The notes under the pieces: model-generated
Told to the model about the DNA's origin: nothing
Databases searched by the model: none
What the model saw: the letters and a program-made list of their open reading frames with translations, nothing else
Shown here: one piece after another, positions 58,406-64,000 of the stretch
Position numbering within the stretch: the stretch's first letter is position 1
Layout of the letters: each line of letters begins with the position of its first letter
Assembly (NCBI RefSeq): GCF_003334815.1
Contig: NZ_QOWO01000024.1
DNA from: Escherichia coli
Lineage (GTDB): Bacteria; Pseudomonadota; Gammaproteobacteria; Enterobacterales; Enterobacteriaceae
DNA: 64,000 nucleotides
Strand: one strand, 5' to 3'
Translations under genes and position numbers: made by a program

Positions 58406-61255
58406 TTGAAATACCTTGCTTCTTTTCGTACAACCCTGAAAGCCTCGCGCTACATGTTCAGAGCATTGGCGTTAGTGCTCTGGCTGTTGATTGCTTTTTC
58501 ATCCGTTTTTTACATCGTTAATGCGTTACATCAGCGAGAATCGGAAATTCGTCAGGAATTTAATCTGAGTTCCGATCAGGCTCAGCGCTTTATTCAACGC
58601 ACCTCTGATGTGATGAAAGAGCTGAAGTACATCGCCGAAAATCGCTTATCGGCAGAAAACGGTGTGCTTTCCCCGCGTGGACGAGAAACGCAGGCGGATG
58701 TGCCTGCGTTTGAACCGCTGTTTGCCGACTCCGATTGTTCCGCAATGAGTAACACCTGGCGAGGTTCTCTGGAGTCATTGGCGTGGTTTATGCGCTACTG
58801 GCGCGATAATTTTTCTGCGGCTTACGATCTAAACCGGGTATTTTTAATCGGCAGCGATAACCTCTGCATGGCCAATTTCGGTCTGCGTGATATGCCAGTG
58901 GAACGCGATACCGCGTTGAAAGCTTTGCATGAACGCATCAATAAATATCGAAATGCACCACAAGATGATAGCGGCAGTAACCTCTACTGGATCAGCGAAG
59001 GTCCGCGCCCTGGCGTCGGGTATTTTTACGCGTTGACGCCAGTTTATCTGGCGAACCGGTTGCAGGCGCTTTTGGGTGTCGAGCAGACCATCCGGATGGA
59101 GAACTTTTTCTTACCGGGTACGTTGCCGATGGGGGTTACCATTCTTGATGAAAATGGTCATACCCTGATTTCGCTTACCGGACCAGAAAGTAAAATTAAG
59201 GGCGATCCTCGCTGGATGCAGGAACGCTCCTGGTTTGGCTATACGGAAGGGTTCCGGGAGCTGGTGCTGAAGAAAAATCTGCCACCCTCATCGCTAAGCA
59301 TCGTGTATTCGGTGCCGGTTGATAAGGTGCTGGAACTCATTCGCATGTTGATCCTTAACGCAATTTTGCTGAATGTGCTTGCCGGAGCTGCATTGTTTAC
59401 TCTCGCACGGATGTACGAGCGACGTATTTTCATTCCGGCGGAAAGCGACGCCCTGCGACTGGAAGAACATGAGCAGTTCAATCGCAAGATTGTCGCCTCC
59501 GCGCCAGTGGGTATCTGCATTTTGCGTACCGCTGATGGCGTCAATATTTTAAGTAACGAACTGGCGCATACCTATCTCAATATGCTTACGCATGAGGACC
59601 GCCAACGACTGACGCAAATTATCTGTGGGCAGCAGGTCAATTTTGTTGATGTCCTGACCAGCAACAATACCAATCTGCAAATCAGCTTCGTCCATTCGCG
59701 CTATCGTAATGAAAACGTGGCCATTTGTGTGCTGGTGGATGTTTCTTCGCGCGTGAAGGTGGAAGAGTCGTTGCAGGAGATGGCACAAGCAGCGGAACAG
59801 GCGAGCCAGTCAAAATCGATGTTCCTTGCCACCGTCAGTCATGAGCTGCGAACGCCGCTGTATGGCATTATCGGTAACCTGGATCTGTTGCAAACCAAAG
59901 AGTTACCGAAAGGCGTCGATCGGCTGGTGACGGCAATGAACAACTCTTCCAGCCTGTTGTTGAAAATTATCAGCGATATTCTCGATTTCTCGAAGATTGA
60001 ATCGGAACAGTTGAAGATCGAACCGCGTGAGTTTTCACCGCGTGAAGTGATGAACCACATCACCGCCAACTATTTACCGCTGGTGGTACGCAAGCAGTTA
60101 GGCTTGTACTGCTTTATTGAACCGGATGTGCCAGTGGCCTTAAATGGCGACCCGATGCGTTTACAGCAGGTCATCTCCAACCTGTTGAGTAACGCCATAA
60201 AATTCACCGATACCGGCTGTATAGTTTTGCATGTTCGCGCGGATGGCGATTATCTCTCTATCCGTGTTCGCGATACCGGCGTGGGGATACCGGCGAAAGA
60301 AGTGGTGCGCTTGTTTGATCCCTTCTTCCAGGTCGGAACGGGCGTACAGCGTAATTTCCAGGGGACCGGTCTGGGTCTGGCGATTTGTGAAAAACTGATC
60401 AGCATGATGGACGGCGATATCTCGGTAGATTCAGAACCGGGAATGGGCAGCCAGTTTACCGTGCGTATTCCGTTGTACGGCGCTCAGTACCCGCAGAAAA
60501 AAGGCGTGGAAGGGTTGAGTGGTAAACGCTGCTGGCTGGCGGTCCGCAATGCGTCGCTCTGTCAGTTCCTGGAAACCAGTTTGCAGCGCAGCGGCATCGT
60601 CGTTACAACATACGAAGGGCAGGAACCGACTCCCGAAGATGTGTTGATCACTGACGAGGTAGTGAGTAAAAAATGGCAGGGCAGAGCGGTAGTGACCTTC
60701 TGTCGTCGCCATATTGGTATTCCGCTGGAGAAAGCGCCAGGGGAGTGGGTACACAGTGTGGCTGCTCCGCATGAGCTACCGGCATTGTTGGCGCGTATTT
60801 ATTTGATCGAGATGGAGAGCGACGATCCTGCTAACGCTCTGCCGTCAACGGACAAAGCGGTCAGCGATAATGACGATATGATGATTCTGGTCGTGGATGA
60901 TCATCCGATTAACCGGCGTTTGCTGGCAGATCAGTTGGGATCGTTGGGCTATCAATGTAAAACCGCGAATGATGGCGTCGATGCGCTTAATGTACTTAGC
61001 AAGAATCATATTGATATCGTGCTTAGCGACGTCAACATGCCAAATATGGATGGTTACCGCTTGACGCAACGCATTCGTCAGTTGGGACTGACGTTGCCGG
61101 TAATCGGAGTAACTGCTAATGCGTTGGCTGAAGAGAAGCAGCGGTGTCTGGAGTCCGGTATGGACAGCTGCCTGTCGAAGCCGGTAACGCTGGATGTGAT
61201 AAAACAGACGCTGACGTTATATGCCGAGAGGGTCAGGAAATCGCGGGATTCGTAG
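58406..61255 (+). CDS. rcsC: Hybrid sensor histidine kinase RcsC
   Basis: 949 aa; H-box SHELRTPL, HATPase domain, C-terminal receiver (VVDDHPINRRLL ... DVNMPNMDG). Confidence 0.97.
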   Translation: MKYLASFRTTLKASRYMFRALALVLWLLIAFSSVFYIVNALHQRESEIRQEFNLSSDQAQRFIQRTSDVMKELKYIAENRLSAENGVLSPRGRETQADVPAFEPLFADSDCSAMSNTWRGSLESLAWFMRYWRDNFSAAYDLNRVFLIGSDNLCMANFGLRDMPVERDTALKALHERINKYRNAPQDDSGSNLYWISEGPRPGVGYFYALTPVYLANRLQALLGVEQTIRMENFFLPGTLPMGVTILDENGHTLISLTGPESKIKGDPRWMQERSWFGYTEGFRELVLKKNLPPSSLSIVYSVPVDKVLELIRMLILNAILLNVLAGAALFTLARMYERRIFIPAESDALRLEEHEQFNRKIVASAPVGICILRTADGVNILSNELAHTYLNMLTHEDRQRLTQIICGQQVNFVDVLTSNNTNLQISFVHSRYRNENVAICVLVDVSSRVKVEESLQEMAQAAEQASQSKSMFLATVSHELRTPLYGIIGNLDLLQTKELPKGVDRLVTAMNNSSSLLLKIISDILDFSKIESEQLKIEPREFSPREVMNHITANYLPLVVRKQLGLYCFIEPDVPVALNGDPMRLQQVISNLLSNAIKFTDTGCIVLHVRADGDYLSIRVRDTGVGIPAKEVVRLFDPFFQVGTGVQRNFQGTGLGLAICEKLISMMDGDISVDSEPGMGSQFTVRIPLYGAQYPQKKGVEGLSGKRCWLAVRNASLCQFLETSLQRSGIVVTTYEGQEPTPEDVLITDEVVSKKWQGRAVVTFCRRHIGIPLEKAPGEWVHSVAAPHELPALLARIYLIEMESDDPANALPSTDKAVSDNDDMMILVVDDHPINRRLLADQLGSLGYQCKTANDGVDALNVLSKNHIDIVLSDVNMPNMDGYRLTQRIRQLGLTLPVIGVTANALAEEKQRCLESGMDSCLSKPVTLDVIKQTLTLYAERVRKSRDS

Positions 61256-61452
<197 letters not shown>

Positions 61453-61454
61453 GA

Positions 61455-62105
61455 TTAGTCTTTATCTGCCGGACTTAAGGTCACTGAAGAGAGATAATTC
61501 AGCAGGGCGATATCGTTCTCGACACCCAGCTTCATCATCGCAGATTTCTTCTGGCTACTGATGGTTTTAATACTGCGGTTCAGCTTTTTAGCGATCTCGG
61601 TCACCAGGAAGCCTTCCGCAAACAGGCGCAGAACTTCACTCTCTTTTGGCGAGAGACGCTTGTCACCGTAACCACCAGCACTGATTTTTTCCAACAGGCG
61701 AGAAACGCTTTCCGGGGTAAATTTCTTCCCTTTCTGCAGCGCGGCGAGAGCTTTCGGCAGATCGGTCGGTGCACCTTGTTTCAGCACGATCCCTTCGATA
61801 TCCAGATCCAATACCGCACTAAGAATCGCCGGGTTGTTGTTCATAGTCAGAACAATGATCGACAGGCTTGGGAAATGGCGCTTGATGTACTTGATTAAGG
61901 TAATGCCATCGCCGTACTTATCGCCAGGCATGGAGAGATCGGTAATCAACACATGCGCATCCAGTTTCGGCAGGTTGTTGATCAGTGCTGTAGAGTCTTC
62001 AAATTCGCCGACAACATTCACCCACTCAATTTGCTCAAGTGATTTGCGAATACCGAACAAGACTATCGGATGGTCATCGGCAATAATTACGTTCATATTG
62101 TTCAT
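61455..62105 (-). CDS. rcsB: Response regulator RcsB (LuxR/FixJ family)
   Basis: Start set at MNNMNVIIADDHPIV (216 aa); C-terminal LuxR-type HTH. Confidence 0.95.
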   Translation of the reverse strand: MNNMNVIIADDHPIVLFGIRKSLEQIEWVNVVGEFEDSTALINNLPKLDAHVLITDLSMPGDKYGDGITLIKYIKRHFPSLSIIVLTMNNNPAILSAVLDLDIEGIVLKQGAPTDLPKALAALQKGKKFTPESVSRLLEKISAGGYGDKRLSPKESEVLRLFAEGFLVTEIAKKLNRSIKTISSQKKSAMMKLGVENDIALLNYLSSVTLSPADKD

Positions 62106-62121
62106 GTAATAGGCTACCTTG

Positions 62122-63924
62122 CTACAGCAAGCTCTTGACATAACTGTCAATGTCGCTGATGTATTTTTCTATTCCTGGAACATCCTTCTCACGAATCAGA
62201 TGTTCCAGCGTTTCACATAACTGCTTGCCGGGTACCAGATTTAGCATGGCAAATACGCCTTTAAGACGATGAGCCGTTTGGGCTAACGCAGCAAAGTCAC
62301 TGGTTGCTGCTTCAGTATACAGCCTCTTAACATCATCCGGTACTGTGTCTACAAAGAGCGCATAATAGCCGCTGGCATGGAGTTGCGCATTTTCATCTCC
62401 GCCCAGAGGCGATTCTGTCACCTCTTCCTGCGCCAGTTGCACTTCAATTAATTGTAAGACCGCTTCCTGCATAGCGTTGCTCATATTGAAGTTGACGCAC
62501 AATTGACCAGGCCCAATTTCCCGTACGCCAGACTCATCATCGCTTAAAAGCAAGCCAGAGGCAGTAAGATTAGACGGATTATCCGTTAAAAAGATATCAT
62601 AATCTTGACTAATTAATCTTTCATCGGGTGTGATACAGGTTGCACCCCAATTTTCTAACTGGCGAGTGACAATATTCCGAATTTCTGCCGAAGTAACATC
62701 CACCATTACGCAGACATCATCCAGTAAACGCTCTTCTTCCTCTTCAACTTCCGGGTCAGCTGCGAGCATTTTGATATGCACAGAGTAGCGTGTACCAAGC
62801 CCATCCCGCGTTTTGATGTTTAAATGACCGCCCAGTTTACGTGCCAGTTGATCGCTCAGCCAGAATGCCAGCGGGTCCGCCTTGCCATAGCGATCGTTTT
62901 GGGTCTGGTTGATAAACGGGAAGTGCAAATTATCCATTTCATGAATACTTACGCCTTCTCCCGTGTCCAGAATGCGGAACGTCAGGCGGTCTTCGGAGGA
63001 CTCATCCTGATCAACCTCAAGGGTGATTTTTCCCAATTGCGTTGAGGTCACGGCATATTGCATCAGTAGCAGCAAAATACGTCGTAAGGCATCGCGATCG
63101 CCGCGGCGCATATCGTGTGCTTTCAGATGATTGTTAATCAGCAGTTGCAGACCTTTACGCTTGATGGCAGGCAACACTGAAGGCACAACTTCATCAATTA
63201 AATCCTGCACGGAGAACAGCACCGTCTCACTTTTCCAGCTATCATCCGCAAGCATGTTCGCTAACTGTATTTCATCAACCAGCCGCACCAGCACATCTGC
63301 CTGATTCGCCAGTTGTTTGCTTTCCGGGGCGTTGAGTTTAGCCGCGCTCTCCGCCAGGGACTGTGCGGGTTCTTTCAGCGCATCGCCAATGTTTTTCATA
63401 AAGATCATCCGCCCCTGCTGGTTTTTCTCATACAGACGCTGCGCCTGCTTGAGTTTCTTGTTTACCAGCACTTCGCGATCCTGATCGCGAATAATGAAAA
63501 TTTGTGTGCGCGGCGCGACCTGGCTGCGGAACATGCGGATCTCATACAGCTCGTTATTGATCGTCGCCTGAATAATCCCCTGATGCTGTTCCGCCATGGT
63601 GGTGATGTTTTGCAGATTCAAATGCGGCAGCAAATGATCGGCAATTTTGTTACTTATGACAGTGCGGTTCGATTCCTGATCGTGAACCAGCAGGCCGAGC
63701 GGCAGCAGTGAGACTATCTCTTCATTGATTGCCCGTAAAATGCGCAATTCGTTATTGACCGCCGTGCTGGGGACGTTTTCTGTACTGCGGCTGGAGAAAT
63801 GGCGGAATGTGGTATAGCCAAATAACGCCAGCGCCAGCAAACCGATGTTCAGCAGCAGTGGCAGCAGAATGTTTTGCAACGTATCCAGCAATAAGGTGCC
63901 ATAAGGAACCTGCCAGACCAGGCG
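62122..63924 (-). CDS. rcsD: Phosphotransfer intermediate RcsD, 3' ~600 codons only; upstream part separated by an IS10 insertion at 63924/63925
   Basis: Frame is continuous from the rcsB-proximal stop up to the IS10 junction, then terminates at a stop inside the IS sequence (63937-63939); the retained part holds a TM helix (ILLPLLLNIGLLALALFGY), a kinase-like domain and the C-terminal HPt domain. Confidence 0.85.
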   Translation of the reverse strand, partial: RLVWQVPYGTLLLDTLQNILLPLLLNIGLLALALFGYTTFRHFSSRSTENVPSTAVNNELRILRAINEEIVSLLPLGLLVHDQESNRTVISNKIADHLLPHLNLQNITTMAEQHQGIIQATINNELYEIRMFRSQVAPRTQIFIIRDQDREVLVNKKLKQAQRLYEKNQQGRMIFMKNIGDALKEPAQSLAESAAKLNAPESKQLANQADVLVRLVDEIQLANMLADDSWKSETVLFSVQDLIDEVVPSVLPAIKRKGLQLLINNHLKAHDMRRGDRDALRRILLLLMQYAVTSTQLGKITLEVDQDESSEDRLTFRILDTGEGVSIHEMDNLHFPFINQTQNDRYGKADPLAFWLSDQLARKLGGHLNIKTRDGLGTRYSVHIKMLAADPEVEEEEERLLDDVCVMVDVTSAEIRNIVTRQLENWGATCITPDERLISQDYDIFLTDNPSNLTASGLLLSDDESGVREIGPGQLCVNFNMSNAMQEAVLQLIEVQLAQEEVTESPLGGDENAQLHASGYYALFVDTVPDDVKRLYTEAATSDFAALAQTAHRLKGVFAMLNLVPGKQLCETLEHLIREKDVPGIEKYISDIDSYVKSLL

Positions 63925-64000
63925 CTGATGAATCCCCTAATGATTTTGGTAAAAATCATTAAGTTAAGGTGGATACACATCTTGTCATATGATCAAATGG
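63925..64000. mobile_element. IS10 (Tn10) outside terminal sequence, first 76 bp; rest of element beyond the window edge
   Basis: 63925-64000 reads CTGATGAATCCCCTAATGATTTTGGTAAAAATCATTAAGTTAAGGTGGATACACATCTTGTCATATGATCAAATGG, which I recognise from memory as the IS10 outside end, including the palindromic AATGATTTTGGTAAAAATCATT segment. Confidence 0.85.

Overview
This window reads as a gene-dense Escherichia coli chromosomal segment that is collinear with the K-12 men-arn-rhm-glp-nrd-gyrA-yfa-ato-rcs region, in reverse orientation relative to the reference; identifications come from recognising the translated ORFs and from gene order, with no search run. Gene order: menD (3' part), menH, menB, menC, menE, pmrD, arnFETDACB (minus), ais, nudI, yfaZ, yfaY, rhmRDTA, ypaA, rpnE(yfaD), glpCBA (minus), glpTQ, yfaH, inaA, yfaE, nrdBA (minus), yfaL autotransporter, ubiG, gyrA, yfaA-yfaT-yfaS-yfaQ-yfaP, atoBEAD (minus), atoCS (minus), rcsC, rcsB, rcsD. 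I see no CRISPR array, prophage, integrase, toxin-antitoxin pair or foreign island. The one clear departure from a plain housekeeping region is at the right edge: positions 63925-64000 match the outside terminal sequence of IS10 (Tn10), and it sits inside rcsD, whose reading frame hits a stop inside the element, so rcsD appears insertionally disrupted. The least-understood module is the five-gene yfaA-yfaT-yfaS-yfaQ-yfaP cluster (alpha-2-macroglobulin-like protein plus four domain-of-unknown-function partners), which here carries an uninterrupted 1539-codon yfaS. Other observations are the rpnE/ypaA tandem duplication, wild-type GyrA Ser83/Asp87, several REP/BIME clusters, and recognisable regulatory sites (sigma-54 promoter with AtoC palindrome, NrdR and DnaA boxes, PmrA/BasR box, CRP site). 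Start codons were chosen by matching known protein N-termini and may be off by a few codons where noted.
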